Below, in pieces: positions 1 to 11,701 of a stretch of 64,000 bases of DNA. The notes under the pieces are model-generated. The model saw only the letters and a program-made list of their open reading frames with translations. It searched no databases and was not told the origin of the DNA. Every line of letters starts with the position of its first letter. Position 1 is the first letter of the stretch. Both the position numbers and the translations under genes were made by a program. Origin of the DNA: Actinomycetes bacterium (GTDB lineage: Bacteria; Actinomycetota; Acidimicrobiia; Acidimicrobiales; JAKAOS01); contig JAKAOS010000001.1 in the NCBI GenBank assembly GCA_021823165.1, forward strand, positions 4,543-68,542. Direction: 5' to 3'.

Positions 1-147
1 CCTCACACTCCCGTCGGGCGGACCCGGGCGGTGCTATGGGGAGCCGAAGCGGAACGGAGTGAAGTATTTAGCGAGATTCTTTGATCTACACATGGCTGGG
101 TATAGCCTGAATTAGCGGCCTGTAGAGGCGGCTGAAAGCGGGCGAAG

Positions 148-801
148 ATGATATTCGCGAACCGATTCGATGCGGGGAAGGTTCTCGGGCAGCGGTTGGC
201 GGGCCATGTCCATCACCCCGTGGTGCTGGGACTCGTGAGAGGCGGCGTCCCGGTCGCCTACGAGGTTGCCAAGGCAACCGGTGGCGTCCTCGATGCATTT
301 GTTGCAACCAAGGTTGGCCTTCCCAGGCAGAGGGAACTGGGCATTGGAGCGGTGGCAGAGGGCCGGGTGGAGCCCGTGGTAAGCCCGGTGGTGGCTTCCT
401 TTGGTGTTTCGGAGGAACAGATGCAGGCCCTGGTTGAACAGGCCCGGGCGGAAACACAACGGCGCGCCTCTCTCTACCGAGCCGGGCGACCCCTGCCGAA
501 GCTTGCGGGCAGGGAGGTCGTCTTGGTCGACGACGGGATGGCGACAGGGGTGACGGCAGAGGCGGCTTTGCGTTCATTGCGAACCCTTGCCCCGGCCAGG
601 CTGATCCTCGCGGTGCCCGTGTGTCCAAGCGAAACCGTCCGCAGGATCGCCACCCTGGTCGACGAGGTGGTCTGTGTGCAGCTGCCAAGGGATCTTTCCT
701 CGGTCGGGTCGTGGTATGAGGACTTCTCGGCCACCTCCGACGAGGAGGTGCTCCGGCTTTTGGCCGATGCTCACCGGCGAAGCCTGGCACAGGCCAGTTA
801 A
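148..801 (+). CDS. Phosphoribosyltransferase-family protein (type I PRT fold)
   Basis: 217-aa ORF. PRPP-binding loop 'VVLVDDGMATGVTA' and N-terminal 'VVLGLVRGGVPVA' are typical of type I phosphoribosyltransferases. Confidence 0.8.
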   Translation: MIFANRFDAGKVLGQRLAGHVHHPVVLGLVRGGVPVAYEVAKATGGVLDAFVATKVGLPRQRELGIGAVAEGRVEPVVSPVVASFGVSEEQMQALVEQARAETQRRASLYRAGRPLPKLAGREVVLVDDGMATGVTAEAALRSLRTLAPARLILAVPVCPSETVRRIATLVDEVVCVQLPRDLSSVGSWYEDFSATSDEEVLRLLADAHRRSLAQAS

Positions 802-1033
802 CCGGCTCTGAGCTGGCTCAGCCCATGGGCGGCGGTGCTCCGGTGTGCATTGGCATGAGCGATCTGAACCAGGGCTCACCGGCGTTTCGGCAAGAGTTTC
901 GGAACCAATGGTGAGCGGGGTCCGGGGCACCAATGTGGCTCGAGGCGGACACTCGGTTCGGTGACTTGGCCAAAAGCGCGGCGCGGAGGGTATTTTGCTC
1001 CACCAAGCGGTGCTGATGGGCGAAGGGGAGCCG

Positions 1034-1186
1034 ATGAAGACTTTGGATCTGGTGCTGGCGCTGGTGGATGTCTTGGTGGTGCCGGGTGCAGCTTTCGTTG
1101 TGTTTGGATTTGTCATCAACAAGACCAAACGGGAAGCCCAGCAAAGATGGGATGCCAGCCAAAAGGGCACCGCCGGGGCTGGGTAA
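1034..1186 (+). CDS. Small single-pass membrane protein (hypothetical)
   Basis: Internal ATG of ORF 995..1186, preceded by 'GGGGAG' a few nt upstream. One hydrophobic helix 'LVLALVDVLVVPGAAFVVFGFVI' followed by a basic tail. No family recognised. Confidence 0.35.
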   Translation: MKTLDLVLALVDVLVVPGAAFVVFGFVINKTKREAQQRWDASQKGTAGAG

Positions 1187-1340
1187 ACCGCCGGGGCCGG
1201 CTGGGCAGTGGCCGTGAGGCGGCCGTCTCGGAGCTGTTATCATAACTTCACTCACGAAGCGGGCCTCGGCCCGGTCTCTGCGAGCGGGCCAGCGTCGTCC
1301 CGGGTCGGCAGGGTCTCGACTCTGACGGGGGATTCAACCC

Positions 1341-4300
1341 ATGGAAACTCACGCGCCCGCCAGCCTTTACGACCCAGGCTACGAACACGACGCCTGTGGT
1401 GTGGCAATGGTTGCCAATGTGAAGGGCCTACCCAGCCACGACGTTGTGGTGGCTGGGTTGGATGCTTTGGCGAACCTGGAGCATCGCGGGGCCTCGGGGG
1501 AGACCTCCGATGTGGGCGACGGAGCGGGCATCCTCATTCAGGTCCCTGATGAGTTCCTTCGTGCGACCAGCGGGATCTCGCTTCCTCCAGCGGGCGCCTA
1601 TGCCACCGGGATTGCATTCCTGCCACGCCAGAGGGCGGAGGCCGCCATGGAGGCGGTCGAGAAGCTTGCGGCGAGTGAGGACATCACGGTTTTGGGATGG
1701 CGGGAGGTTCCCGTCGACCAGAGCGTGATCGGTGACCGGGCACGGGCGATAGAGCCGGTCATGCGCCAGGTGTTCATAAGCGCCGGCAAGGCGCGGGGCC
1801 TGGAGCTGGATCGGCGAGCCTTTGTCCTTCGCAAGCGCTGTGAGCACGAGATCGACGGTCTCTACTTTCCCAGCCTGTCATCCCGGACGATGGTTTACAA
1901 AGGGATGCTGACCGCGCCCCAACTGCCACAGTTCTATTTGGATCTGAGAGAGCCCGGACTCAAAAGCGCAATCGCGCTGGTGCATTCGAGGTTTTCCACC
2001 AACACCTTCCCATCCTGGCCCCGGGCCCACCCCTACCGCCTGATCGCTCACAACGGGGAGATCAACACCCTTAGGGGCAACCGGAACTGGATGACGTCCC
2101 GAGAGCCGCTGCTGGGTGCCGAGTGCATCCCGGGGGACCTGGCAAGGGTGATGCCGATCTGCACCCCCGCCGGCAGCGACTCGGCGACCTTCGACGAAGT
2201 GCTGGAACTTTTGCATCTGGGTGGTCGGAGCATCATGCATGCGGTGCTGATGATGATCCCCGAGGCCTGGGAGCGCAACGAGGGAATGGATCCCAAGCGA
2301 CGCGCCTTTTACCGTTTTCACTCCTCGCTCATGGAGCCCTGGGACGGACCTGCGGCCATTGCCTTCACCGACGGCACCGTCGTGGGTGCAGTGCTCGACC
2401 GCAACGGGCTGCGCCCCGGGCGCTACTGGGTGACATCGGATGACCTGGTGGTGCTGGCTTCCGAGGTCGGGGTAGTGGACATTGCCCCCGAACGGGTTGT
2501 GGCCAAGGGCCGGCTCGAGCCGGGAAAGATGTTCCTGGTCGACACCGCTGCGGGACGCATCGTCGGGGACGATGAGATAAAGGCGGCCCTGGCGGCGGAA
2601 CATCCCTATGAGCAGTGGTTGGCCGAGAACGTCATTCGTTTCGAGGACCTCCCAACCCATCGGGTCCTCCTTCCCCAGCACGCTTCCCTCATTCCCCAGC
2701 ATCGGTTGTTCGGATACACCGAGGAGGCCCTCCGCCTCATCGTCGGACCGATGGCCACCGGGGCGGCCGAACCGGTTGGCTCCATGGGCAACGACGCGGC
2801 CCCGGCGGGGCTTTCCTCGCGCAACCGGTCGCTTTTCGATTACTTCACCCAGCTTTTTGCACAGGTCACAAATCCCCCCCTGGACGCCATCAGGGAGGAG
2901 ATGGTGACGGCCCTTTCCTCCACGCTCGGCCCCGAGGCCAACCTGTTGGAGCCGGGTCCCCGATCCTGTCGGCAGATAGAACTGCCATATCCGGTCATTG
3001 ACAACAATGAACTCGGCAAGTTGCTGAACCTGAACCGCCACGGTGAGACGCCTGGCTTTCACTCCTTTGCAATCGACGGGCTGTATCGGGTCGCGGGCGG
3101 GGGCAGCGCCATGGGCGAGGCCATCGATCGCATCAGGGCAGAGGTGAGCCGCGCCATCGAACAGGGTGCGAACATCATCGTTTTGTCCGACCGCCACTCA
3201 AATGAGGAGCTGGCACCCATCCCGTCGCTTCTTTTGACTGCCGCAGTGCACCACCACCTGATAAGGGAGCGCACCCGGTCCAAGGTTGGCCTGGTCGTAG
3301 AGGCCGGCGACGCATATGAGGTGCATCACTTCGCGCTGTTGATCGGGTATGGGGCCTCTGCGGTCAACCCCTATCTCGCCCTGGACACGGTCATGTCGAT
3401 GTCCCGTTCGGGAGCCTTGGGAGACCTGGACGAGGCCACCGCCCTGCGTCGCTACATCAAGGCCGCGGGTAAGGGCATCCTCAAGGTGATGTCCAAGATG
3501 GGCATTTCCACCATCGCCTCCTACCGCGGTGCACAGGTATTCGAGGCACTGGGGTTGTCCCAGGAGCTGGTCGATGAGTACTTCAGTGGGACCTCCAGCC
3601 GCCTCGGCGGTGTCGGCCTGGAGGTACTGGCGGAGGAGGTGGCGTATCGGCATGGCCTTGGCTGGCCCAAGCGCCCCTCGGAGTTGGCCCACCGCGCAAG
3701 GGAGATCGGCGGCGAATACCAGTGGCGCCGGGAGGGGGAGTACCACCTGTTCAACCCCGACACCGTCTACCGGCTCCAGCACTCCACCCGCACCGGGCGT
3801 TACGAGGTCTTCAAGGAATACACCAAGGCCATAGACGATCAGTCGCTCCAGTTGGCGACATTGCGCGGGCTGTTGTCGTTGCGCAAAGGTGTGCTTGCAC
3901 CGGTGCCGATCGAGGAGGTGGAGCCGGTCTCTTCGATCGTGAAGCGGTTTTCCACCGGGGCGATGTCCTATGGCTCGATATCCAAAGAGGCACACGAGAC
4001 CCTCGCCATTGCGATGAACCGGCTGGGGGCCAAGTCGAACACCGGAGAAGGTGGCGAGGACCCCGACCGTTTCCTTCCCGACCCCAACGGCGACCTTCGC
4101 CGTAGTGCCATCAAGCAGGTGGCGTCGGGACGCTTCGGTGTCACCAGCCATTACCTGGTGAACGCGGACGACATCCAGATCAAGATGGCCCAGGGCGCCA
4201 AGCCCGGCGAGGGGGGCCAACTGCCGGGCCACAAGGTCTATCCCTGGATCGCAGCGACCCGGCACTCCACGCCCGGGGTGGGCCTCATATCCCCCCCGCC

Positions 4301-5861
4301 CCATCACGACATCTACTCCATTGAAGACCTGGCCCAGCTCATCTACGACCTCAAGTGCGCGAACCCTGCGGCACGGGTGCATGTGAAACTGGTATCCGAG
4401 GTTGGGGTGGGCACCATCGCCGCCGGGGTGGCCAAGGCCAAGGCGGACGTGGTTTTGATCTCCGGGCACGACGGGGGGACCGGTGCTGCGCCCCTCGGCT
4501 CGATCAAGCACGCCGGGACGGCATGGGAGCTGGGGCTTGCAGAGACTCAGCAGACCCTGCGGCTCAATGGCTTGCGGGATAGGGTCGTGGTGCAGGCCGA
4601 CGGCCAGATGAAAACCGGCAGGGACGTGGTCATTGCAGCCCTTTTGGGCGCCGAGGAGTATGGCTTTGCAACGGCTCCGTTGGTCGTATCGGGGTGCATC
4701 ATGATGCGGGTCTGCCACTTGGACACCTGCCCGGTTGGCATAGCGACCCAGAACCCGTCTCTGCGTGAGCGCTTCACGGGCAAGGCCGAGTTCGTGGTGA
4801 ACTTCTTCGAGTTCATCGCCCAGGAGGTGCGGGAGTACTTGGCCAGCCTTGGCCTGCGCTCCATCGAGGAGGCGATTGGCCGCATGGACCTTTTGGAAAC
4901 CTCGGCGGCAATCGAACACTGGAAGGCCTCTTCATTGGACCTTTCCCCGATTCTTGCCGAACCGGCGGAGGTAGTTGGGACCCCTGTGCGTTGTTTGAAG
5001 ACCCAGGACCACGCCCTGGAGCGCCACATAGACAGGCGCATCATCGAACAGGCCGGAGCGGCCCTGGAGCGTGCCGAGAGGGTCCGGATCACCGAGACCA
5101 TCAAGAACACGGACCGAGCGGTGGGCACCCTGTTGGGATCGGAGCTGAGCCGCAAACACGGCGGGGAAGGCCTGTCCGATGACACAATCCTGGTGTCTCT
5201 TTCGGGTTCCGCGGGCCAGAGCCTGGGGGCCTTCATGCCAAAGGGCATCACCCTCACCCTCGAGGGCGATGCAAACGACTATGTGGGCAAGGGGCTCTCC
5301 GGCGGACGGGTGGTTGTCATGCCGCCTCGAGGATCTCGCTTTGTGGCCGAGGAGCAGGTGATTGCGGGCAACGTCGTCGCCTACGGAGCCACCTCGGGAG
5401 AGATATTCCTTCGGGGCAGGGTGGGGGAGCGCCTGTGTGTGCGCAACTCGGGTGCCACCGTGGTCGTGGAGGGCGCCGGTGATCATGGTTGTGAGTACAT
5501 GACGGGCGGCCGAGTGGTGGTCCTGGGATCGGTGGGGCGCAACTTTGCGGCCGGCATGTCGGGGGGAGTGGCCTACATCTTTGATGAAGATGGCGCAGCG
5601 GCCCGGGTGAACACCGAAACGGTGGACCTCGACCCCCTGGAGGACCTGGATGTCAAATGGTTGGCGGAGATCCTGGGACGGCATTCAGATCTGACCGGGT
5701 CCGAGGTTGCTGCCAGGCTGTTGGCCGACTGGGAGAGATCACTGGAGCGTTTTGTGAAGGTCATGCCCAAGGACTACAAGAGGGTGATGCGAGCAGCCGC
5801 CGAGGCAGAGGAGAGGGGCATGCCCGTAGAGGATGCGATCATGGCGGCTTCCCGTGGCTGA
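1341..5861 (+). CDS. gltB: Glutamate synthase large subunit
   Basis: 1506-aa ORF. Ntn-amidotransferase N-terminus '[13 protein letters not shown]', central FMN domain, and C-terminal GXGXG beta-helix ('[17 protein letters not shown]'). 8-nt overlap with gltD. Confidence 0.97.
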   Translation: METHAPASLYDPGYEHDACGVAMVANVKGLPSHDVVVAGLDALANLEHRGASGETSDVGDGAGILIQVPDEFLRATSGISLPPAGAYATGIAFLPRQRAEAAMEAVEKLAASEDITVLGWREVPVDQSVIGDRARAIEPVMRQVFISAGKARGLELDRRAFVLRKRCEHEIDGLYFPSLSSRTMVYKGMLTAPQLPQFYLDLREPGLKSAIALVHSRFSTNTFPSWPRAHPYRLIAHNGEINTLRGNRNWMTSREPLLGAECIPGDLARVMPICTPAGSDSATFDEVLELLHLGGRSIMHAVLMMIPEAWERNEGMDPKRRAFYRFHSSLMEPWDGPAAIAFTDGTVVGAVLDRNGLRPGRYWVTSDDLVVLASEVGVVDIAPERVVAKGRLEPGKMFLVDTAAGRIVGDDEIKAALAAEHPYEQWLAENVIRFEDLPTHRVLLPQHASLIPQHRLFGYTEEALRLIVGPMATGAAEPVGSMGNDAAPAGLSSRNRSLFDYFTQLFAQVTNPPLDAIREEMVTALSSTLGPEANLLEPGPRSCRQIELPYPVIDNNELGKLLNLNRHGETPGFHSFAIDGLYRVAGGGSAMGEAIDRIRAEVSRAIEQGANIIVLSDRHSNEELAPIPSLLLTAAVHHHLIRERTRSKVGLVVEAGDAYEVHHFALLIGYGASAVNPYLALDTVMSMSRSGALGDLDEATALRRYIKAAGKGILKVMSKMGISTIASYRGAQVFEALGLSQELVDEYFSGTSSRLGGVGLEVLAEEVAYRHGLGWPKRPSELAHRAREIGGEYQWRREGEYHLFNPDTVYRLQHSTRTGRYEVFKEYTKAIDDQSLQLATLRGLLSLRKGVLAPVPIEEVEPVSSIVKRFSTGAMSYGSISKEAHETLAIAMNRLGAKSNTGEGGEDPDRFLPDPNGDLRRSAIKQVASGRFGVTSHYLVNADDIQIKMAQGAKPGEGGQLPGHKVYPWIAATRHSTPGVGLISPPPHHDIYSIEDLAQLIYDLKCANPAARVHVKLVSEVGVGTIAAGVAKAKADVVLISGHDGGTGAAPLGSIKHAGTAWELGLAETQQTLRLNGLRDRVVVQADGQMKTGRDVVIAALLGAEEYGFATAPLVVSGCIMMRVCHLDTCPVGIATQNPSLRERFTGKAEFVVNFFEFIAQEVREYLASLGLRSIEEAIGRMDLLETSAAIEHWKASSLDLSPILAEPAEVVGTPVRCLKTQDHALERHIDRRIIEQAGAALERAERVRITETIKNTDRAVGTLLGSELSRKHGGEGLSDDTILVSLSGSAGQSLGAFMPKGITLTLEGDANDYVGKGLSGGRVVVMPPRGSRFVAEEQVIAGNVVAYGATSGEIFLRGRVGERLCVRNSGATVVVEGAGDHGCEYMTGGRVVVLGSVGRNFAAGMSGGVAYIFDEDGAAARVNTETVDLDPLEDLDVKWLAEILGRHSDLTGSEVAARLLADWERSLERFVKVMPKDYKRVMRAAAEAEERGMPVEDAIMAASRG

Positions 5862-7302
5862 TCCCCGCGGCTTTATCAAGCATCGGCGCCAGCTTCCTCA
5901 GCGCCGTGCCGTCTCGGAGCGGGTGAAGGACTGGAGCGATGTCTATGAAAGGCTCCCGGTCGTCGAGATGGAGATCCAGGCGTCCCGCTGCATGGACTGC
6001 GGGATTCCCTTCTGTCACCAGGGGTGCCCCCTTGGCAACCTGATCCCCGAGTGGAACGACCTCGTCTACCGTTCCCGCTGGAAGCAGGCATCGGACCGTC
6101 TGGCCGCTACGAACAACTTCCCCGACTTCACCGGGAGGCTGTGCCCCGCTCCCTGCGAGCCGGCATGCGTGCTGGGTATTGGCGACGATCCGGTGACCAT
6201 CAAACAGGTCGAGTTCGAGATTGCCGAACGGGCATTCGAGAATGGCTGGGTGGAGCCCAAAATGCCCAGCGTCCGCACGGGACGCTCGGTTGCGGTCGTT
6301 GGTTCGGGCCCCGCAGGACTTGCCGCGGCCCAGCAGCTGACTCGCGCGGGTCATCATGTGGTGGTATTCGAAAGAGCCGACCGCATCGGTGGCCTGTTGC
6401 GGTATGGGATCCCCGACTTCAAACTCGAAAAGCGCTACCTGGATCGCCGGCTGGCTCAGATGGAGGCCGAGGGAACCGAGTTCCGTCCCGGCGTCACCAT
6501 AGGTAGCGACGTGGACGGAAACACGCTCCGCGAGGACTTCGACGCCGTTTTGTTGGCCATGGGGTCCACCATTGCCAGGGACCTCCCTGCCCCGGGAAGG
6601 GAACTGGCCGGGATCCACCAGGCAATGGAGTATCTCGAAGCATCCAACCGGGCCGGGACGGGAGATTTCGCCACAAGTCCCATCCATGCCGCCGGCCGCC
6701 GGGTGGTGGTCATAGGCGGTGGGGACACCGGTGCCGACTGCATCGGGACCGCCCATCGCCAAGGTGCGGCATCGGTGGTCCAGCTGGAGATAATGCCGCG
6801 TCCGCCCCTGGAGCGGGATCCATCTACGCCCTGGCCGCTCTGGCCCCTCATGTTGAGGACCTCCCCGGCGCACGAAGAGGGTGGCGAGCGGCTGTTTGCG
6901 GTGAGCACCGAGCGCTTCTTGGCCGATGAGTCAGGTCGGCTGCGTGCGCTATCGGTGGTCGAGGTGGCCCTTACGACTGAGGGCGGCAGGCCGAGTTTTG
7001 CAAAAGTGGAAGGCAGCGAGTTCGAGATTCCGACAGACCTGGTCCTTTTGGCCATGGGATTCGTGGGACCCGAAAGAGACGGCGTGGTGGGCGAGTTGGG
7101 CCTCGAACTCGATCCCCGAGGCAACGTGGTTAGAAATGACGAGTGGATGACCAGCACCGAGGGCGTATTCAGCTGCGGAGACATGTCCAGGGGCCAAAGC
7201 CTGGTGGTCTGGGCCATAGCCGAAGGTCGTTCTGCGGCGGCGGCGGTGGACCGGTGGCTGATGGGAGAGACCGCCCTGCCGGCTCCCCTGAAGGCCCGCT
7301 AG
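5854..7302 (+). CDS. gltD: Glutamate synthase small subunit (NADPH)
   Basis: Cys clusters '[17 protein letters not shown]' and '[10 protein letters not shown]'. Rossmann motifs '[14 protein letters not shown]' and '[13 protein letters not shown]'. Start set at GTG 5854 (GTGGCTGA overlap with the gltB stop); the track's ATG at 5833 is the alternative. Confidence 0.93.
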   Translation: MADPRGFIKHRRQLPQRRAVSERVKDWSDVYERLPVVEMEIQASRCMDCGIPFCHQGCPLGNLIPEWNDLVYRSRWKQASDRLAATNNFPDFTGRLCPAPCEPACVLGIGDDPVTIKQVEFEIAERAFENGWVEPKMPSVRTGRSVAVVGSGPAGLAAAQQLTRAGHHVVVFERADRIGGLLRYGIPDFKLEKRYLDRRLAQMEAEGTEFRPGVTIGSDVDGNTLREDFDAVLLAMGSTIARDLPAPGRELAGIHQAMEYLEASNRAGTGDFATSPIHAAGRRVVVIGGGDTGADCIGTAHRQGAASVVQLEIMPRPPLERDPSTPWPLWPLMLRTSPAHEEGGERLFAVSTERFLADESGRLRALSVVEVALTTEGGRPSFAKVEGSEFEIPTDLVLLAMGFVGPERDGVVGELGLELDPRGNVVRNDEWMTSTEGVFSCGDMSRGQSLVVWAIAEGRSAAAAVDRWLMGETALPAPLKAR

Positions 7303-7580
7303 GTAAGGCCAACTGGGCTCGGATAGTTCTGCGACGGCTGCGGTATGGGTGGCACCGAGGGACTCTGGGGTGTCTGCAATGCCGGTCTTTCGCCACGGTG
7401 GCCACCGGTCCAATGTCCGGCCTGGCTGGCTTGGTCATGGGTCCTGACAATGGCTTTTGCGGGTCCGGGAATAGCGCAGCTGGGCAATTGGTTTGGAATC
7501 ATGACCGGTCAGTAGAGCACCGGGCCGGGTGGAATCCGGAAGTCTCCGGTTGACGGTCTTCGATTGCAAGGAGCGATGCA

Positions 7581-7985
7581 GTGGCAACTGTGGCCCTGAC
7601 AGAGGAAAACTTCGAGTCCATCGTCAATGACGAATCCTTCGTTCTCATTGACTTCTGGGCCGGTTGGTGCGGTCCGTGCAAGATGTTCGCTCCGGTGTTC
7701 GAGCAGGCCTCCGACAAGTACCCCGACATCACCTTTGCCAAGGTGGACACCGAGGACCAGCCCGGGCTGGCCGGTGCCTTTGGCATCCAGTCCATTCCCA
7801 CCCTTGCGGTGCTTCGTGAGCGGGTGGTGCTGCACTCCCAGGCGGGTGCGCTTCCCGCAGCTGCCCTGGAGCAGTTGATTGAGGCGGCATCGGCCGTGGA
7901 CATGGCAGAGGTGCACTCCCAGATCGAGGAGCGTTCCGCCGCCGAGGCGGGCAATGGCCAGTCAGGGGCTCACGACCACCACTGA
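7581..7985 (+). CDS. trxA: Thioredoxin with short C-terminal extension
   Basis: 134-aa ORF with the active site 'WAGWCGPCK' and the thioredoxin fold pattern 'IPTLAV'. Confidence 0.9.
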   Translation: MATVALTEENFESIVNDESFVLIDFWAGWCGPCKMFAPVFEQASDKYPDITFAKVDTEDQPGLAGAFGIQSIPTLAVLRERVVLHSQAGALPAAALEQLIEAASAVDMAEVHSQIEERSAAEAGNGQSGAHDHH

Positions 7986-7990
7986 CGGGT

Positions 7991-8012
7991 CGCCACCGGG
8001 TGACCGGTGGCG
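7991..8012 (+). terminator. Hairpin just after the thioredoxin stop (candidate terminator)
   Basis: 9-bp GC stem CGCCACCGG/CCGGTGGCG with a GTGA loop, 6 nt after the stop. The following T-tract is weak. Confidence 0.4.
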
Positions 8013-8099
8013 GTGAAGTTCCTTTGGGTCCCAACCGTGGCTCGTGGTGAAAGCCCAGATAGAAGGCCAAAGGATGGGCTGGCCGGAGCCAGGTTGGCC

Positions 8100-9431
8100 C
8101 TAGGCCAGTGCGATCCGACCCTCTATCTTTTCCAAGCCAGCTAGGCATCCCGGATCCCCGATGGCAACGGCTGCAAACTCCGATGGTGCAAGCAGATCCT
8201 GGGCCGTGGCGTTCACCTCTGCGGTCTCCAGGTCGGCAATGCGGCGGGGATGCTGGCTCAGGTACTCCATTCCCACACCCTGGCAGGACAAGGCCTCCAG
8301 AATCGAGGCCAGGCCCGCTTGGGTGGCGGTGGAGAAGGCGAATGTGCCGAGCGCGTATCGCTTGGCAAAGTCAATCTCCTCATCCCCAAATCCTGTGGTG
8401 CATGCCCTGCCCAGCTCGTAGCGCAGCTCTACGAAGGAAGCTGCGGTCACCTCGTTGGCCACATCGAGGGAGATCAACATCCGGCTGCCCGAGGGGAAGT
8501 GCTGGATCTCGCTGCGGGGGCTGTAGGTGTAGCCCCGCTTCTCCCGGAGATTGTCGACCAGCCGGGAGGCAAACATCCCCCCAAAGGCGAGGTTCGCAAT
8601 TGACGCGGCGGCCGAGCCCGGATCGCTGCGCCTCGGGGCGAGGCGCCCGAAGCGGATGTTGGTCTGCACCGCGGGCATGCGCTCGTGCCACACAAGGGCT
8701 CCGGGGGCAACCGGAGGGAGCGGCCTGATCGGCTCCACCGGCTGGCCCGGGGCGTCGCACCAGCTTCCCAGGCCCGCACCCAGGGACGAAAGCGCCTTGT
8801 CCGGGCTCAGGTCACTTACCACAACGGCGACGGCATTGGCCGGTGTGAGCAGATCGGCGTGCAGATGCGCCAGGGTGGGTCCAGCAATCCGTGAAAGTGT
8901 GCTGGGGGCGGGGAGCCCGGTGGCAAGGGGGTGGTTGCCATGAAGCCGGCGGGCGATGGTTTCTTTTGCAATGGTGGAGGGCTGGCTCTTGGCGATCACC
9001 AGCTCGTCTGCAAGCCGGGCGCGATCCGCCCGGACGGCCTTGGCGGGATAGGCGGCACCCTGGAGAACCTCGGAGATGAGCCCGGCCATGGCCTCCAGGT
9101 TTTGCGATAGCACCGATGCCCTCACCGACAGCCATCCGTCTCGCAACGCCAGTTCAAGGCTTCCGCCGAGGATGTCTATGGCGGCGGCCAAAGCGGTGCG
9201 ATCCATCTTTTTGGTTCCGGCCAGAGCCGATTCGGAGAGCAGCATCGCTCCCTGGGGCTTTGTTGCATCCGAGCTACGCAGTGCGAAGGCGAGGCGGATG
9301 TGGGCCATAGGCACGCCGGGCCGGCGTGCTGCGACGGCCCGGAGGGATCCGAGGTTGGCAGAGGACAACTCCGGAGCGGAGGGGACCACGGCCTCCCCGG
9401 GAAGTGGGCGGGGGATTTGGGTGTCGCTCAT
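8100..9431 (-). CDS. M16 (pitrilysin) family peptidase, non-catalytic-type subunit
   Basis: 443-aa ORF with M16 C-terminal-type architecture and no HxxEH motif. ATGA start/stop overlap with the upstream M16 gene at 9428-9431. Confidence 0.8.
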   Translation of the reverse strand: MSDTQIPRPLPGEAVVPSAPELSSANLGSLRAVAARRPGVPMAHIRLAFALRSSDATKPQGAMLLSESALAGTKKMDRTALAAAIDILGGSLELALRDGWLSVRASVLSQNLEAMAGLISEVLQGAAYPAKAVRADRARLADELVIAKSQPSTIAKETIARRLHGNHPLATGLPAPSTLSRIAGPTLAHLHADLLTPANAVAVVVSDLSPDKALSSLGAGLGSWCDAPGQPVEPIRPLPPVAPGALVWHERMPAVQTNIRFGRLAPRRSDPGSAAASIANLAFGGMFASRLVDNLREKRGYTYSPRSEIQHFPSGSRMLISLDVANEVTAASFVELRYELGRACTTGFGDEEIDFAKRYALGTFAFSTATQAGLASILEALSCQGVGMEYLSQHPRRIADLETAEVNATAQDLLAPSEFAAVAIGDPGCLAGLEKIEGRIALA

Positions 9432-10720
9432 TGCCGGGCCGGCTCCAGTTCCAAGATTGCGCGGGTGTTGGGCGCCAGAGCCGCCGCGGCCGCCTGAACC
9501 TGAGCGGCAGTCACCTGTTCGATGAGGCCGGGCAGCTTTCCGACCAAAGATGGGTCGCCATGGATCAACTCGGCGTCTGCCATAGCAAGGGTGCGCTCCA
9601 GGACCTGGTCCATGGTGGACCAGTAGGAGGCGGAGGCCTTTGCGACCGCCCGGGCGAGTTCCTGGGCCGTGGGCCCCGAGGCGGCCAGCTTGCCCAGCTC
9701 GTCGTCCAGGGCCACCAGTAGCTCATCGGTGCTGGTGGTGCCGGGGTGAAAGAGCAAGACCTGAAAGAGAATGGGATCCCGCATGGAAAAGGCGTCGCCG
9801 AAGGTGCCGAGATAGCAAGAGACGTCGGTGACGCTCCGGTCCTGGTGCACCAGCCGCTTCCGCAGCCGGGAAGCGTCCCCATCGGCCAGGATGGAGGCAG
9901 CCACGGCGTATGCAAGCATCTCTTCGGGCTGTTTGACCGGGTCTGGGGCGCGGTAGGCGACGGCCACGGCTGGGGTCGGGGCCAGGGGGTCGGAAATGGT
10001 GGCCCGCCGTTCTTTGGTGATGGGCGGTTCGGAAAAAGATGGCCTGGGTGGAGCCTCGCGGGGCTCGATGTGGCCGAAAAAGCGCCTTGCCAAAGAGAAG
10101 GCCCGCTCCGCCTCGCAGTCGCCGCCTATCGCCAGGACTGCATTGGAGGGGGTATAGAAGCGCCGGTAGAAGTCGGCGGCATCATCCAGGGTCGCATCCT
10201 CCAGGTGGCTGAAATCCCCATATCCGTTGTGGGCGTTTGGGTAGGTGTCGAATGCGACCGGCGGCAGGCTGATCCATGGAAAGCCCCCGTAGGGGCGGTT
10301 CATCACGTTGACCCGGATTTCCTCTTTGACCACGGCAACCTGGTTGGCGAGATTCTCCTCGTTGAGCGCGAGGGAACTCATCCGGTCCGCCTCGAGCCAC
10401 AGAGCCAGGTCCAGGCCGTTGGATGGCAGGGCCTCGAAGTAAGAGGTCAGATCCGGCCGGGTGTGGCCATTCATGACACCCCCGGCACCCTCGACCAGGC
10501 GAGGATGTTCGGCCTTTGCAACATTGGCCGAGCCCTGGAACATGAGGTGTTCGAAGAGGTGGGCAAAGCCGGTCCTGGATTCGGGCTCGGAGCGGAACCC
10601 GACGTCGTAGACGACTGCCACCGCGCAAAGCGGCGTCGAATGATCGGGGGCGGCAATGACCCGCAGACCGTTGTCCAGGACGGTGGTGGAGATTTCCAGT
10701 GAAAAAGCGGAGGAGGTCAT
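9428..10720 (-). CDS. M16 family zinc peptidase, catalytic-type subunit
   Basis: Inverted zinc motif 'HLFEHLMFQG' (HxxEH). Start moved to the internal ATG ('MTSSAFSLE...') to avoid running into the upstream gene. Confidence 0.88.
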   Translation of the reverse strand: MTSSAFSLEISTTVLDNGLRVIAAPDHSTPLCAVAVVYDVGFRSEPESRTGFAHLFEHLMFQGSANVAKAEHPRLVEGAGGVMNGHTRPDLTSYFEALPSNGLDLALWLEADRMSSLALNEENLANQVAVVKEEIRVNVMNRPYGGFPWISLPPVAFDTYPNAHNGYGDFSHLEDATLDDAADFYRRFYTPSNAVLAIGGDCEAERAFSLARRFFGHIEPREAPPRPSFSEPPITKERRATISDPLAPTPAVAVAYRAPDPVKQPEEMLAYAVAASILADGDASRLRKRLVHQDRSVTDVSCYLGTFGDAFSMRDPILFQVLLFHPGTTSTDELLVALDDELGKLAASGPTAQELARAVAKASASYWSTMDQVLERTLAMADAELIHGDPSLVGKLPGLIEQVTAAQVQAAAAALAPNTRAILELEPARQ

Positions 10721-10757
10721 TGGCTCCGCCAACCTAGCGCGCCCAGTGCGACTGCGC

Positions 10758-11510
10758 TCATCTGCGTGCGGATTGCTCTGGCCATCCCGGCTCCTGTGGC
10801 AGTTGGTCTTCGAGATCCCCCAGGTGTGCGGTGTCATTGAAGCTGCGTACGAACCACCTCTTGCCCCAAACCACCAGTTCGGAGATGGACCCGTTGTCCG
10901 CCCCTATGAAGGAGAACGGCTCGGCCCGGGTTGCAATCGACAGCGCCTGGCCGATGGTCCCGGCATGGGTGAACACGGCGACGGTTTGGTCGGGGTGGGC
11001 ATCGGCTATGCGTTGAATGGCGGCGGAGACCCTCTCGGAAAAGGCTTCGTCGGCTTCCGCCCCGGGGATCACGTCCCAGCGCTGGCGCGAAAAGAGCTCG
11101 ACGGCAAGGGGATCTCCCTCTGCAACCTTTTGGCGGTATATGCCGCCCTCCCAGTCACCGAGGCAGACCTCCCTGAGATCGGGGTCGATGTGGGGTTCTA
11201 TATCCAGCGATTCGATCAGGGGTGCCGCGGTCTCGGCTGCCCGGCGGAAGCCGGAGAGGTATATGGCCTGGGGGCCCATTCTCCCAAGCCGCCTACAGGC
11301 CCGTTCGGCCTGGGCTCGGCCCAGGTCGGCCAGGCCCGGATCACCCTGGCCGGCGAGAAGTCTCACCGCAATGCCGGGTACCACGGGTTCGGATTCCCCG
11401 TGGCGGACCAGGAGGAGCCTCGCGGATCCGGGCGGCGGTCGGAACTGGTGCTGGCGCAGTGCTTTGGCCCCTGGCCCCCCGGCATCATCGTGCATCTGTT
11501 GTTCGGCCAC
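10758..11510 (-). CDS. Histidine phosphatase (phosphoglycerate mutase-like) family protein
   Basis: 'LLLVRHGES' RHG catalytic motif and a downstream 'FTHAGTIG' second His. Confidence 0.85.
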   Translation of the reverse strand: MAEQQMHDDAGGPGAKALRQHQFRPPPGSARLLLVRHGESEPVVPGIAVRLLAGQGDPGLADLGRAQAERACRRLGRMGPQAIYLSGFRRAAETAAPLIESLDIEPHIDPDLREVCLGDWEGGIYRQKVAEGDPLAVELFSRQRWDVIPGAEADEAFSERVSAAIQRIADAHPDQTVAVFTHAGTIGQALSIATRAEPFSFIGADNGSISELVVWGKRWFVRSFNDTAHLGDLEDQLPQEPGWPEQSARR

Positions 11511-11578
11511 GCCAAGACGCTATCGAAAAGTGCTGGGCTTTGCCCCGGAGCCCCGATGGTCTTGGGAAGATGGAGGCC

Positions 11579-11675
11579 GCAACTACAGCTGGCAACTGCA
11601 GGGGGCAACTGCAGGGGGGAAAGGTGAGCTTCTGTAGGGGGGAAAGGTGAGCTTCTGTAGGGGCGGCAACTGAGC
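11579..11675. repeat. Intergenic micro-tandem repeats
   Basis: Perfect 23-bp tandem duplication GGGGGGAAAGGTGAGCTTCTGTA at 11614-11636 and 11637-11659. 13-bp tandem GCAACTGCAGGGG at 11592-11604 and 11605-11617. Related GCAACT(A/G) copies flank them. Confidence 0.9.
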
Positions 11676-11701
11676 GGGAGCCAGGCAACAAGCCGGATTC
11701 C

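Noticed and set aside
3198-4919. Long antisense or off-frame ORFs, for example 86..790(-), 1878..3197(-), 3198..4919(-), 15321..16943(-), 36248..37813(-), 38641..39900(-) and 55190..56245(-).
   Set aside because: They lie opposite or overlapping genes with clear family motifs. Their Arg/Pro/Gly-rich, low-complexity composition is typical of stop-codon-poor frames in high-GC DNA. None has an SD sequence or a recognisable domain.
7303-7580. tRNA-like or small-RNA signal ('TAGCGCAGCTGGGCA', 'GGTGGAATCCGG') in the gltD-trx spacer.
   Set aside because: No acceptor-stem complementarity, no GTTCGAATC-type T-loop and no consistent cloverleaf could be drawn.
11579-11675. CRISPR-like interpretation of the tandem repeats here and at 52336..52425.
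   Set aside because: The repeat units are directly adjacent with no unique spacers. The units are only 13-23 nt, there are at most 5 copies, and there are no cas genes.
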